DNA from: Mobula hypostoma
Taxonomy: Eukaryota
DNA: 64,000 nucleotides
Assembly: GCF_963921235.1 (NCBI RefSeq)
Contig: NC_086097.1
Coordinates: forward strand, 222,830,001 to 222,894,000
Reading direction: 5' to 3'
Shown here one piece after another: positions 49,425 through 62,764 of this stretch (position 1 is its first letter; each line of letters starts with the position of its first letter). The notes under the pieces were generated by a model. It ran no database searches. It saw only the letters and a program-made list of their open reading frames with translations, and was not told the DNA's origin. The translations under genes and the position numbers were made by a program.

Positions 49425-52290
49425 AGTTAACTGGGTAACCATCAGGAGGGAGAAAGGAGATGGGAAGCCAGTACCACTGTGGCTGTTCCCCTCAACAACT
49501 GAATACAGCTTTGGATACTGTTGGGGGTTTGACCTAGCAGAGGAAAGCCACAGCAGTCAGGACCCTGGCACTGAGTCTGGCTCTACAGTTCAGAAGAGAA
49601 GTGGGGAGATGAGGGGAGCTGTAGTGATAGAGAATTCATTGGTTAGCGGAACAGAAAGGAGGATCTGTAGACAAGAAAGAGATTGTTGCCTCCCAGATGC
49701 CAGGGTCAGGGACATCTCTGTCTGAGTCGACAGCATTCGTAACTGGGAGGGTGAGCAGCTGGAGCTTCTGGCCCACATTGGCACCAATGACATGGGTACA
49801 CAGGGTGCCGAGGTTCTGCAATGTGAGCTCAGGGAGTTGGTGCTAAATTAAAGGGCAGGACCTCTAGGGATGTGTTCTCAGGTGCTAGATCATACAGTTT
49901 AACACGTGGCTAAGGAGATGGTGCAGGAGGGAGGGCTTCAGATTTTTGGATCATTGGGCTCTCTTCCAGTGGGACCTGTACAGAAGGACCTGAACTGGAG
50001 GAGGACTAATATCCATACAGGAAGGTTTGCTAGTGCGGGGGATTTAAACTGGAGTTGCCGCAGGAAGATGGGAACCAGAACGCCAGAACAGATAGCGGAA
50101 TGATTGTAGAGAAGGATGTTGTTAAGCTTCCTACAAAGTCAGGAATCGAAAGTTCAAACGTGTGGGGCTAATGTTCTGAGCAGTGCAAGCAGTATTGTAG
50201 GAAAGTGGATGAGTTTAGGCCATGTATTACCACGTGGAGTTATGGCATTGTAGCCTTCAGTGAGACTTGGTTGCAGGAGGAGCAGGACTGGCAGCTCTGT
50301 GTTCCAGGGTTCTGCTGTTTTAGATGTGACAGAGTGAGGGGGATTAAAGAGGGAGGGGCAGTGTTACTTCAGGGAAAATGCCACAACGGTGCTCAGTCGG
50401 GGCAGACTGAAGAGCTCGTCTAGTGAGGCTTTATGGATACAACTGAGGGATACGGAAGGTATGACAATTTTAATGGGATTATATTATAGACTACCCAACA
50501 GTCCACACGATTTAGAGGAGCAATTTTATAGAGATATTGCAGAAACATAAGTTTTTGATGGTAGATGGATTTGGTATATTGACTGTAAAAGCGCTGGATA
50601 GAAAAGAGTTTGTCAAATGTGTTCAGGATAGTTTCCTTAACCAGTACATAAAAGTATCAACTAGAGGGAGTGTGATACTAGATCTCCTGTTGGGGAATGA
50701 GACAGGGCAGGTGACAGAAGTTTGCACAGGGGAATCCTTTGCCTTTAATGATCGTAAAGCATAGGTCTGGTCCTCAGGTTGAGATTCTAAATTGCAGAAT
50801 GACCAATTTTGATGGTATCGGAAAGGATCTGGGAAGTGTGAACAGGTAATATCCCTACGTGTCTAAAAAAATCTGGGACAGTTTTTTTTTCTGGCAAAGA
50901 TGTACTTGATACATAGGAGGCCTTCAAAAGTGAATTTTGAGGGTACAGAATTTGTATGTTTCTGTCAGAATAAAATGCAAGGATAACAGATTTAGGGAAC
51001 CTTGGTTTTTGAGAGATATTGGTTTTTAAGAAGAAGGAGGTGAATAGCAGGTATAGACAGACAGGCCCAAATGAGGTACTTGAGTATAAGAAATGCAAGA
51101 GAACACTTAGGAAGGAAATGAGGAGGACAAAAAGAAGACATGAATTTGCTCCAGTAGTCATGGTGAAGGGAGTCCTAAGGACTTCTACAGATACGTTAAG
51201 AGCAAAAAGATAGCAAGGGACAAAATGGGCTTCAGCGAGGCCTCTGACAAGGCCCCAAATGGAAGGTTGGTCAAGAAAATTCAGTTGCCTGACATTCAAG
51301 TTAAGATAGTAAATTGGGTTAGACATATGCTTCGCAGAAGCCAGGAAATGATTGTAGATGTTTTTCTCTCTGACTGAAGGCCTGTGACCAGTGGTGTGCC
51401 GCAAGGATCGGTGCTGGGGCCCGATGTTGCCAGTAATTTATATCAACTATATGGATGATAATGTGGTAAACTGGATCAGCAAATTTATGGATGATGCCAA
51501 GTCTGGTCATGTAGTAGATAGAGATAGTTGATAAAATGGGATCGAAAAATGACACTTGGAATTTAATGCACCCAAGTGTGAGGTGTTACTCTTTAGGAGG
51601 ATCAACCGGGGTAGGTATTGCACAGTGAACGGTAGGGCACTGAGGAGTGTAATAGAACAGAGGCATCTGGGAATACAGATCCATAATTACTTGGAAATGG
51701 TGTCACAGGTAGATAGGGTCGCAAAGAAAGCTTTTGGCACATTGGTCTCATAAATCAATGTATTGAGTACAGGAGCTGTGATATTACAGGAAAGATGTAA
51801 ATAAGATTGAATGAGTGCAGAGAAAATTTACAAGGTTGTTGCCACGACTTCAGGACCCGAGTTAGAGGGAAAAGTTGTATAGGTTAGGTTGTTATTCCTA
51901 GAATGTAGAAGATTGAGGGGAGATTTGATAGACATATACAAAATATGAAAGGTAGAGCGAGGGTAAATGAAAGCATGCTTTTTCTACTGAGGTTGAGTGA
52001 GACTAGAACTAGAGGTCATGTGTTGAAGGTGACAGGTGAAATGTTTAAGAGGAACATGAGGGGGAACTTTTTCACTCAGAAAGTGGTGAGAGTGTGGAGC
52101 TCGCTGCCAGCGCAAGTCCTGGATGTGGGCTCGATTTCAATGTTTTAAGAGAAATGTGGATAGGTACATGGATGGGAGGGGTCTGGTCTGGGTGCAGATC
52201 GATGGAGCTGGGCATATTAATGGTTTGACATGGACTAGATGGGCTGAATGGCCTGTTTCTGTGCTGTAGTGTTCAATAATTCTATGACTC
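49425..52290 (+). mobile_element. CR1 (ORF1 esterase, APE, RT, 3' end) with internal deletions
   Basis: [55 protein letters not shown]. Confidence 0.88.
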
Positions 52291-52411
52291 TAATCCTTTT
52301 GGGTCCTCTGTATGTCTTCAGCTCTTGTACAGAACATAGTTTTAATATTTCTAAGTATTAGTTTAAGCAATGAACAGTATTTCCAAAGGACCACGCATTT
52401 TCTTGGAAAAA

Positions 52412-53518
52412 AGAAACATAGAAAACCTACAGCACAATACAGGTGCTTCGGCCCACAAAGTTGTGCTGAACATGTACCTACCTTAGAAATTACTAGGCTT
52501 ACCCATAGCTCTCTATTTTTCTAAGCTCCATGTACCTATCCAAAAGTCTCTTAAAAGACCCTATCGTATCCGCCTCCACCACCGTTGCCGGCAGCCCATT
52601 CCACGCACTTTCTGAGTAAAGACCTTACCCCTGACATCTCCTCTCTACCTACTCCCCAGCACCTTAAACCTGTGTCTTCTTGTGGCAACCATTTCAGCCC
52701 TGGGAAAAAGCCTCTGACTATCCGCACGATCATTGCCTCTCATTATCTTATACACCTCTATCAGGTCACCTCTCATCCTCCATCGCTCCAAGGAGAAAAG
52801 GCCAAGTTCATTCAACCTGTTTTCATAAGGCATGCTCCCCAATCCAGGCAACATCCTTGTAAATCTTCTCTGCACCCTTTCTATGGCTTCTACATCTTTC
52901 CTGTAGTGAGGCGACCAGAACTGAGCACAGTACTCCAAGTGGGGTCTGACCAGGGTCCTATATAGCTGCAACATTACCTCTCGGCTGCTAAATTCAATTC
53001 CACAGTTAATGAAGGCCAATAAATCATATGCCTTCTTAACCACAGAGTCAACCCGCGCAGCTGCTTTGAGCATTCTGTGGACTCGGACCCCAAGATCCCT
53101 CTGATCCTCCACACTGCCAAGAGTCTTACCATTAATAGTATATTCTGCCATCATACTTGGGGACCTACCAAAATGAACCATTTCACACTTATCTGGGTTG
53201 AATCCATCTGCCACTTCTCAGCCCAGTCTTGCATCCTATCAATGTCCGGCTGTAACCTCTGACAGCCCTCCACACTATCCACAACACCTCCAACCTTTGT
53301 GTCATCAGCGAACTTACTAGCCAACCCTCGACTTCCTCATCCACGTCATTTATAAAATCACGAAGAGTGAGGGTCCCAGAACAGATCCCTGAGGCACCTG
53401 AGATCCCTGATGCAGAATATGACCCATCTACAACCATTCTTTGCCTTCTGTGGGCAAGCCAGTTCTGGATCCACAAAGCAATGTCCCCTTGGATCCCATG
53501 CCTCCTTACTTTCTCAGT
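52412..53518 (-). mobile_element. CR1 RT to 3' end
   Basis: ORF 52645-53214 (LYRTLVRPHLEYCAQFWSPHYRKD). Confidence 0.92.
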
Positions 53519-53849
53519 ATTAACAAATTTTTATATTTTACTGCATATCTACTGTTTACATGAAATTTATTATTTGCATATAAATAGCATGCACCATAAA
53601 CTTTCCTGTTATTTTTGCAGTATTCTACAAAACCAAGAGAATGAGCAATGATGTTTTTGTTTTCTCCAATGTAACAGTATTTGAGTCATTTTTAAACAGA
53701 TCAACTTGTAAGTTATTTTCTCTTTACTTTTCACTATTAAAATCTACAACCCTTTGACTTTGACTGATTAGGCTTGGGTGAGGTAGATTGTCTTGTAAGA
53801 TTCTCTTTCTCTCTGTGCCCTTATTGTTCATTCCTCATCGGTTAGGAAA

Positions 53850-54205
53850 TAGTAGTTTAGTGAGACTGGCTCCAGGGGCAGTGTTCTGTGCTGTGGATGT
53901 GGGAAGTCTGGGAGGCGTCCATTCTCCCAGATAAAAACATCTGCACCAGGTGCATCAAGCTGCAGTTTCTCAGAACAAATTAAAGAATTGGAGCTGCAGC
54001 CTGATGACGTTCGACTCATACAGGAGAATGAAGAGGTGATAGATGGAAACTACAGGGATGTAGTCACCCCTATCTTGCAGAAGACAGGTAACTGGGTGAC
54101 TATCAGGAGAAGGAGGGAAAATGAATAACCAGTGCAGAGTATACCTGTGGGCGTCCTCCTCCATAATAAGTATACAAATTTAGATACTATTGTGGGGGAT
54201 GTGAG
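53850..54205 (+). mobile_element. CR1 ORF1 5' fragment
   Basis: AVFCAVDVG...ICTRCIKLQFLRTN..ELELQPDDVRLIQENEEVID..YRDVVTP. Confidence 0.75.
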
Positions 54206-54909
54206 GGCTATCCCTCTAGACAACCTCATACTACCCGATGGTTGTAAATACCTATGAGATGCAGGCCATAGTGTCAAGATGGTCATTTTGGCAGGATTCC
54301 GGGAGATTTTGAAATAGAAGTGATTAAATCAGTCTGAATGCACTGATCAAGTTTTTAGACTCTTTAAAACTCTTTGGTTTCAGTAACTTGAATACAAATT
54401 ACTGAAGAGTGTTATTAGATATTACCCTGTTAGTTGTAACACAGGTGATATATTCCCAGTAACAGTATCTCCAATGTCCTTTCTAAATAGATCTTCTTGA
54501 AATATATACGTGCCAGATAAAATGCCTTTTGTAAAGATATGGAAGAGAGCTATCCATGATTAAGTTATTAATTTGTGAAACTTCTACAAACCTAAATTAA
54601 ATTAATGCCATCCTGTATCATTTGCAGTTTTGGATTTGGTAACAAATGTAACCAGCAGTGAAATTAACAAGAACTTTGTACATGTGCTAGTGATAATAAG
54701 CTTAAACGAATAAGTATGTTGGTAAAGTTTCATAAGAAACCCAGTAATTTTTCACTTGAAAGGCCAGTGATATATGGGTTATAATTTCCTGTTCTTGTTT
54801 TCCAAGAGATGATGATTACTGAGCATTGTGAGTTTCAGAATGGATTTTCTGAGAAAACAGATCTTTTTGAGCCAGGGTCGAGAATTCTTGGTTATTCTTT
54901 TAATATATT

Positions 54910-55185
54910 GATTTAGAGATACAGCACAGAATGGGCCCTTCCGGCCATTCAAGCCACACCACCTGGCAATCCCCGATTTAACCCTTGCCTAATCACGGGA
55001 CAATCTACAATGACCAATTAACCTACAAATCGGTATATCTGTGGGAGGAAAACAGAGCACCTGGAGAAATTCATACATTCCACGGGGAGGATGTGCAGAC
55101 TTCTTACAGATGACGTCAGAATTGAACTCCGACTCCAGTGCCCCAAACTGTAATTGCATCATGCTAACTGCTGTGGCACCTCTAA
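54910..55185 (-). mobile_element. V-SINE (HE1-like)
   Basis: Reverse-complement similarity to 36562-36782, with tRNA-like head (ggagttcaattc B box). Confidence 0.75.
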
Positions 55186-55674
55186 TCTTTTGGGGGGGGG
55201 GGGATATATTTAAATCATGTGGATTGGCGGTAAAATAAATATGAATTACCCAATCCTGAATGAATAGCTTCTCGTTTATAAGCAATACTAATTAATAAAG
55301 CTATGTATGGGCATGTTTCTGCTCGTCGATTCCATTTGTCATTTACTGTAACTTATTGGAGCTAACTTGTAGAAATTACTGTAAGGAAGCTGCATTATTA
55401 ACAATGGGGAAATTATATCGGAGATCTTGTTTCTTCCTTAGGGTAGATTGAGTTTGGGAAAGTCCCTAAAAAATTTGTTCAGTTGAAGAACATTGTGAAA
55501 TTAGGTTTTCTGTATTGACTGTGTTTACTCTGTATAAATGTTGCTGAATGTTGAAAGGAAAAAGCATCATAAACCTTTTATATGTTGAAATAACATTCAA
55601 AGTTGCCCTTTACAATAAGATAGCATTTTTAGTAAATAATTACCTCACTTGTTGTTAAAATGTCTGACTTTTTT

Positions 55675-55950
55675 ATTTATTTAATGATACAGCGCAGTGT
55701 TAGGTGCCAGCAACCCCTGGCAAACCCAATTAACCCTAACCTAATCATGGGACAATTTACAATGACCAGTTAACCTACCTGGCATGTCACTGGACTTTGG
55801 TAGGAAACGAGAGCACACAGGGAAATCCCAAGGATTCCATGGGGAGGACATGCAGATTATTTACAGAACAGTGCTGGAATTGAACTCTGAACTGCAGAAT
55901 GCCCCAACCTGTAATAGCATCGTGCTAACCATGACACTACTGTGGCTTCA
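55675..55950 (-). mobile_element. V-SINE (HE1-like)
   Basis: Similar to 54910-55185. Confidence 0.72.
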
Positions 55951-56051
55951 TCTGAAGTCTTTGAATAATAAATGCAAACAACATTCCTTCCTTTATGGAA
56001 GCAGCAATTCTGTGGATGTTAATTCTTTTATAAGCTCAATTTTCTCTTAAA

Positions 56052-58420
56052 ATTAGGCCATTTAGCCCATTGAGTCTACTCTGCCATTTTCTCAGGGCTG
56101 ATCCAATTTTCCTCTCAGCCCCAGTTTCCTGCCTTCTCTCCGTATCCCTTCATGCCCTGATGAATCAAGAATCTATCAACCTCTGCCTTAAATATACATA
56201 AAGACTTTGGCCTTCACAACTACCTGCAGCGAAGAATTCTGCGACTGTGTCCTCTGGTCTTAGACTCTCCCACCATGGGAAACATCATCTCCACATCCAC
56301 TCTGTCAAGCCTTTCACCATTTGATAGGCTTCAATTAGGTCACCCCTCATTCATCTGAATTCTAGTGAACACAAGTCCAGAGCCTTCAGATGCTCTTCAT
56401 ATGACAAGCCATTCAATTCTGGAATCATTTTCGTGAACCTCCTTTGAACCCTCTCCAGTTTCAGCACATCCTTTCCAAGATAAGAGGCCCAAACCTGCTC
56501 ACAATACTCAAGTGAGGCCTCACCAGTGCTTTGTAAAGTTTCAACGTTACATCCTTGCTTTTATATTCTAGTCCTCTTGGAATGAAGTCTAACATTGTAT
56601 TTGCCTTCCTCACTAAAGACTCAACCTGCAAGTTAACCTCTATAGAATCCTGCACAAGGTCTCCCAAGTTCCCATGGTGTATTTCAGTTTTTTTTGTATT
56701 TTCTCTCCATTTAGAAAATAGGCAACCATTTAATTTCTTCTACCAAAGTGGATGACCATATTGTATTCCACTTTATTCCATCTGCCATTTCTTTGTCCAT
56801 TATCCTAATTTTGTCTAAGTTCTCCTGTAGCCCCTCTACTTCCTCAAAATTATCTTCCCCTCCACATATCTTCATATCATCTGCAAACTTTACAAAAAGC
56901 CATCAATTCTATCATCCAAATCATTGATATATAACATAAAAGTATCGGTCCCAACACAGACCCCTTTGGAACACTAGTCACTGGCAGCCAGGCAGAAAAG
57001 GCTCCCTTTATTCTCCCTCTTTGTCTCCTGCCTATCAGCCACTGCTTTATCCATGCTAAGTCTTTCCTGTAATATCACGGGTTCTTAACTTGTTAAGCAA
57101 CCTCATATGTGGCACCTTGTCAAAGGTCTTCTGAAAATCCAAGTACAATACATCAACAGATTCTCCTTTGTGTATCCTTCTTATTACGTCTTCAAAGAAT
57201 TTCAACAGATTTGTCAGGCAAGATTTTTCCCTTGAGGTATCCATGCTGATTATTGCCTATTTTATCATGTGCCTTCAAGTACCCCGAAAGCACATCCTTA
57301 ACAATCAACTCCAATATCTTCCCAATCACAGAGGTCAGACTAGCTGGCCTATAATTTCCTTTCTTCCGCCTCTCTCCCTTCTTGAAGAGTGGAGTGACAT
57401 TTGGAATTTTCCAGTCTTCTAAACCATTCCAGAATCTAGTGATTCTAATCTAGTGATTCTTGAAAGATCATTGCTAATGCCTCCACAATCAGCCACCTCT
57501 TTCAGAACTCTGGTGTGTATCCCGTTTGGTCCAGGTGACTTTCAGTTTCCCAAGAACATATGGTAATTTCACATACTTCATGCTTCCTGATACCTGGAAT
57601 TTCCAATCTACTGCTTGTGTCTTCCACAGTGAAGACTGATGCAAAATACTTATTCAGTTCATCTGCTATTTTGTTGTCTCTCTCCAGCATTGTATTCCGG
57701 TGGTCGAAATCTACTCTAGCTCTCTTCTTACACTTTATGTATCTGAAGTAATCTTTCGGTATCCTCGTTAATATTATTGGCTAGCTTACTTTTGTATTCC
57801 ATCTTTACCTTAATGGCTTTTATAGTTGCCTTCTGTTGCTATTTAAAAACCGCCCAATCCTCTAACTTCCCACTAATCTTTGCTCTATCATATGCCCTCT
57901 CTTTGGCTTTTATGTTAGCTTTGACTTCTCTTGTTAGCCATGGTTGTGTTATCTTGTCTTTAGAATATTATTTCTTTTTTGGGGTGTTCTGCCGCCATCC
58001 CCTCCAGTGTTCTTTTCCAGTCAGTTCTGGCCAGCTCCTCTCTGATGCCTCTGTAATTCCCTTTACTCCATTGTAATGCTGATACATCTGACTTTAGCTT
58101 CTCCTTCTCAGATTTCAGGGTGAAGTTGATCATATTATGATCACTTACCCCTTAGGGTTCTTTTACCTGAAGCTTGCTAATCAATTCTGGTTTATTGCAC
58201 AACACCCAATCCAGGTCCTCTAGTGGGCTCCACCAAGAGCTGCTCTAAGAAGCCATCTTGTAGGCACTTTATCTCCCATTGTACTTTGTAGGCTCCAGCC
58301 TTACTAGTGTTTGGGGGTGTGTATACAGCTCCCATCAGAGTCTTTTTACCCTTGCAATTCCTTAGCTCTATCCATAATGATTCAACACCTCCCAACCCTG
58401 TATCAACCCCTTTGTCCCTT
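56052..58420 (-). mobile_element. CR1 ORF2 (part of APE, RT, 3' end)
   Basis: ESLWIELRNCKGKKTLMGAVYTPP, ELNKYFASVF, YLDFQKTFDKV, LYKALVRPHL. Confidence 0.88.
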
Positions 58421-58559
58421 TGTATTTATATAAGTTCACCATTAGATAGTACTGTATATGTAGAATGTGAATTGCTTGACTTCTATGATTGTAGACTTTA
58501 GTATCTGACTGGAAGAAACTGTACAATAGGAATTTATAATTGTGCCTCCAGCACTTCAG

Positions 58560-59245
58560 CAGAAGTGGCAAAAGTGAGCAATTTCAAGTTCCTGGGTATA
58601 AGTATCTCCGAGGACCTAACCTGGATGCAGCATATTGATGTAGCTTTAAAGAAAGCAAGTTTGTGGAGATTTGATTTGTTAATAAAAACACTCAAACATC
58701 TACAAATGTACTGTGGAGAGCATTCTGACTGGCTCCATTACCATCTGGTATGGCAGGGGGCGGGGTGGGGGAGTGCAGGTACTGCATAAGATCAAAGTAA
58801 GTTGCAGAAACTTGTGAAGTTAGTCACCTCCATCATGGGTACCAGCCTCCGTAATATCCAAGACCTCTTCAAGGAGCAGTGCCTTAGGAAGGCAGCGTCC
58901 ATCATTAAGGATCCCCACCACCCAGGGCGTGCCCTCTTCTCGTTGTTATCGTCAGGAAGGAGGTACAGAAGTCATACTCCCGGTGATCCAGGAACAGCTT
59001 CTTCCCCTCTGCCATCCGATTTCTGAACAGAGATTGAACCCATCAACACTACCTCACTACTGTTTTATTTCTGTCTTTTTTGACCATTTGTTTTAACCTA
59101 ACTATTTAATAGATATAAATACTTAATGTAATTCGATTTTTTCTCTGTATTTATTTTTCATTTATTTCATTGTACTGTTGCCGTAAAGTTAACAAATTTC
59201 ATGACATACGCCGGTGATATTAAACCTGTTTCTGATTCTGACTCT
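58560..59245 (+). mobile_element. Rex1/Babar-type 3' part
   Basis: KVSNFKFLGISISEDLTW, CLRKAASIIKDPHHPG; tail ggtgatattaaacctgtttctgattctga. Confidence 0.85.
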
Positions 59246-59421
59246 GTATGTGTGTATTCCTCAAGATTTGCAGCATCTTCAGAATCTCTTGTGTTTATGA
59301 GTTACAGATGTCATCAACTTTATTGCCACTGACAAGGCTGCACATTTGGAAGACTATTCTTTCAGGTCTTAACGTAAGTAATAGTGTATTCCCTCAGCTA
59401 GGCCAGTCTTTCAATAACACT

Positions 59422-60028
59422 GTGGTGGTGGTGGCATCCGTTAGTCTCGCGAGACCATGGATCTGCGCATGGAAAGTCTTGCTTCAGTCTGTGTTAGAGC
59501 AGCGTCTATTGTGGCTGTAGAGGCCCACACAGGAGTGACAGTCTTGGCTGCATCGACTGCACTTGAAAGCGCTGTCCTCCAGTGTTGTCTCGGCGCTGTT
59601 TTTCCGACGAGTGCTCTTTTCTTCGGCAGCAAGACTCGGCTTCTCTTCTCTTTTTAGACCACCGCGTAGTTCCAGCCTCCAGTGAGAGCAATCGCTTGCG
59701 ATGTCGTCCCACCTCTCGGCGTTTATTTTCAGTGACTTCATGTCTCTCTTGCAAACGTCTTTGAAACGAAGATGGGGCCGCCCTTGTGCTCTCTTGCCGG
59801 AGGCCAGTTCCCCATACAGCAGGTCTTTCGGGATCCTCCCATCTGACATGCGATGTACATGGTCCTCAGCACACTGCTTTACGGCAGCGAGACCTGGAGC
59901 CTGTACTACAGACAAGAGCAGCGTCTCAACGCCTTCCACCTTCGCAGCCTGAGACAAACCTGGACATCACGTGGACTGACTGAGTCACCAACAATGAGGT
60001 CCTGGCCCGCGCCCAGATACCCAGCCTC
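59422..60028 (-). mobile_element. Young RTE LINE with inverted 5' segment
   Basis: Minus strand 59422-59861: HVHRMSDGRIPKDLLYGEL...RFKDVCKRD...CSRC..H; plus strand 59862-60028: VLSTLLYGSETW...NNEVLARAQIPSL; TSD TTCAATAACACT (59410-59421, 60029-60040). Confidence 0.92.
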
Positions 60029-60142
60029 TTCAATAACACTAGAGCTGCTATATTCTTTGGTCTCAGTACTATTTCCTGGCATGATCCTCATAACTCTTTA
60101 TTCTCCTTATTGTCCAAAAAATCCATTTTAGTCTTGAATATA

Positions 60143-60712
60143 CACTCAGTGCCCACTTTATTAGGACCTCCTATTAGGTCTTCTGCTAGCCCACCCACTT
60201 CAAGGTTCGATGTGTTGTGCTTTCAGAAATGCTCCTCTGCACTCCACTGTTGTCATGCATGGTTGTTTGAGTTACTGTCACCTTCCTATCAGCTTGAACC
60301 AGTCTGGCCATTCTCTTCTGAACTCTCTGCTGCTCGATGGATCCATTTTGCTTTTTGCACCATTCTCTGTAGACTCTAGAGCAAGGGTTCCCAATCTTTT
60401 TTTTATGCCATGGTCCCCTATCATTAACCGAGGGGTCTGTGGACCCCAGGTTAGGAACCCCTACATCCAGAAGCTGTTGTGCATGAAAATCCCAGGAGAT
60501 CAACAATTTCTGAAATAGTCAAACCACCCCATCTAGCACCTACAATCGATCCAAAACCAAAGTCACTTAGACCACATTTCTTACCCATTCTGCTGGTCTG
60601 AACAACACCGAACCTCTTAACCATGTCTGTATGTTTTTATGCATTGAGTTGCTGGCACATGATTGGCTGATTAAATTTTTACAGATGTACCTAGTAAGGT
60701 GACCACCGCATG
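60143..60712 (-). mobile_element. Internally deleted Tc1-like element containing a hAT MITE (~60382-60462)
   Basis: TA-CACTCAGTGCCCACTTTATTAGG ... CCTAGTAAGGTGACCACCGCATG TIRs; transposase piece RMARLVQADRKVTVTQ...ISESTTHRTL; MITE ends CAAGGGTTCCCAA / TTAGGAACCCCT. Confidence 0.8.
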
Positions 60713-61495
60713 CACAATGCCTCAATACTGACAACTGTCTGAAAGAAAGAGACTTCCAAAAGTTCACAGGTCTCTGCATCTCACAGAAATTCTTGATCTT
60801 TTATTCTGAAACTCTGCTCACTTGTTCTAGGTTAACCCCCGCCAGAGAAAGCACCTACCTTATCAGGGTCCACTCAGAAACCTGTGTTTTAGTGTGACAA
60901 CTTTGTCCTTCTAATCTCCAGAGATTGCAGTGCCATTCTTCCCAATCTTGTAAGTCAACACTCTCACCCTGAGAATCAACGTACTACAAATATATCCTAA
61001 CTTTAAGTATGGAAACTTTAACTGTACAGGAAACTCCAAGCGTGACTGCACCGAAACCCTGCACAGTTACAGCTAGATTCCTTCACTCTCATATTCAATT
61101 ATATGAAAATCAACATTACATTTGCCTTTGCTACATATGATTTTAGTATTGTGTTTCCAGAATAGCAATAGCGAGATGCTTTGCCCTTCTACATTTTCCC
61201 TCATCATCTTCCTCCTTGGACAACTTGGTAATCTCTTCCCATGATAAAACAACTTCTTGGGAGCCGGTCAGGCATCCTGTTGCTTCACATTTTCTTCCAG
61301 TGAATTGGAAGGATTTTGCATTGCAGCATGGTGGTAGTGTTCCAATGCCTTGAGGTTGCAACTGCACCCCAGAACTAAGCCTCAATTATCAGGCTGCTAT
61401 CATCATCATCATCAGGTGCCGTGCCCAGTTTGAGCTTTGACTGCCATGGCCCACACACTCCTGTTTCGGGTCAAGTAGATCAATTCATTGGTATT

Positions 61496-61882
61496 GGATC
61501 TGATTGAAACGTATAAAACTCTAGAGGGATTGGACAGGCTAGATGCAGGAAGATTGTTCCCGATGTTGGGGAAGTCCAGAACAAGGGATCACAGTCTGAG
61601 GATAAAGGGAAGCCTTTTAGGACCGAGATGAGGAAAAACTTCTTCACACAGAGAGTGGTGAATCTGTGGAATTCTCTGTCACAGGAAACAGTTGAGGCCA
61701 GTTCATTGGCTATATTTAAGAGGGAGTTAGATATGGCCCTTGTGGCTAAAGGGGTCAGAGGGTATGGAGAGAAGGCAGGTACAGGTTTCTGAGTTGGATG
61801 ATCAGTCATGATCATACTGAATGGCGGTGCAGGTTCGAAGGGCCAAATGGCCTACTCCTGCACCTATTTTCTATGTTTCTAT
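61496..61882 (+). mobile_element. Young CR1 3' end inserted in RTE
   Basis: DLIETYKTLEGLDRLDAGRLFP; tail tttctatgtttctat; TSD GTATT (61491-61495, 61883-61887). Confidence 0.92.
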
Positions 61883-61986
61883 GTATTCATTTCCAGTTCT
61901 CTAGCTGCTGTCTCCATCATCAAGCAACACACATCAAAGTTGCTGGTGAACACAGCAGGCCAGGCAGCATCTGTAGGAAGAGGTAC

Positions 61987-62022
61987 AGTCGACGTTTCAG
62001 GCTGAGACCCTTCGTCAGGACT
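61987..62022 (-). ncRNA. Minimal type-I hammerhead ribozyme (intact core)
   Basis: AGTC-CTGACGA-AGG-GTCTCAG-CCT-GAAA-CGTC-GACT on the minus strand. Confidence 0.8.
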
Positions 62023-62764
62023 AACTGAAGGAAGAGTGAGTAAGGGATTTGAAAGTTGGAGGGGGAGGGGGAGATCCAAAATGATAGGAGAAGACAGGAG
62101 GGGGAGGGATGGAGCCAAGAGCTGGACAGGTGATAGGCAAAAGGGGATACGAGAGGATCATGGGACAGGAGGTCCGGGAAGAAAGACAAGGCGGGGGGGA
62201 CCCAGAGGATGGGCAAGAGGACCCGACGCAGACTGGGAGACCGCTTTGCTGAACATCTACGCTCTGTCTGCCAGAGAAAGCAGGATCTCCCAGTGGCCAC
62301 TCATTTTAATTCCACATCCCATTCCCATTCTGACATGTCTATCCACGGCCTCCTCTACTGTAAAGATAAAGCCACACTCAGGTTGGAGGAACAACACCTT
62401 ATATTCCGTCTGGGTAGCCTCCAACCTGATGGCATGAACATCGACTTCTCTAACTTCTGCTAAGGCCCCACCTCCCCCTCGTATCCCATCTGTTACTTAT
62501 TTTTATGCACACATTCTTTCTCTCACTCTCCTTTTTCTCCCTCTGTCCCTCTGAATATACCTCTTGCCCATCCTCTGGGTCCCCCCCCCCTTGTCTTTCT
62601 TCCCGGACCTCCTGTCCCATGATCCTCTCGTATCCCCTTTTGCCTATCACCTGTCCAGCTCTTGGCTCTATCCCACCCCTTCCTGTCTTCTCCTATTATT
62701 TTGCATCTAACCCCTCCCCCTCCCCCTCCAACTTTCAAATCCCTTACTCACTCTTCCTTCAGTT

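Noticed and set aside
54795..54860. C/D-box snoRNA (ATGATGA...CTGA with TGTTTTC/GAAAACA flanks)
   Set aside because: Only ~44 nt from box C to box D, shorter than typical, and no rRNA guide recognised; the splice-signal reading is at least as plausible
59445..59454. TCTCGCGAGA promoter motif (BANP/ZBTB33-type)
   Set aside because: Lies in the RTE 3' hairpin, not in a CpG-island promoter
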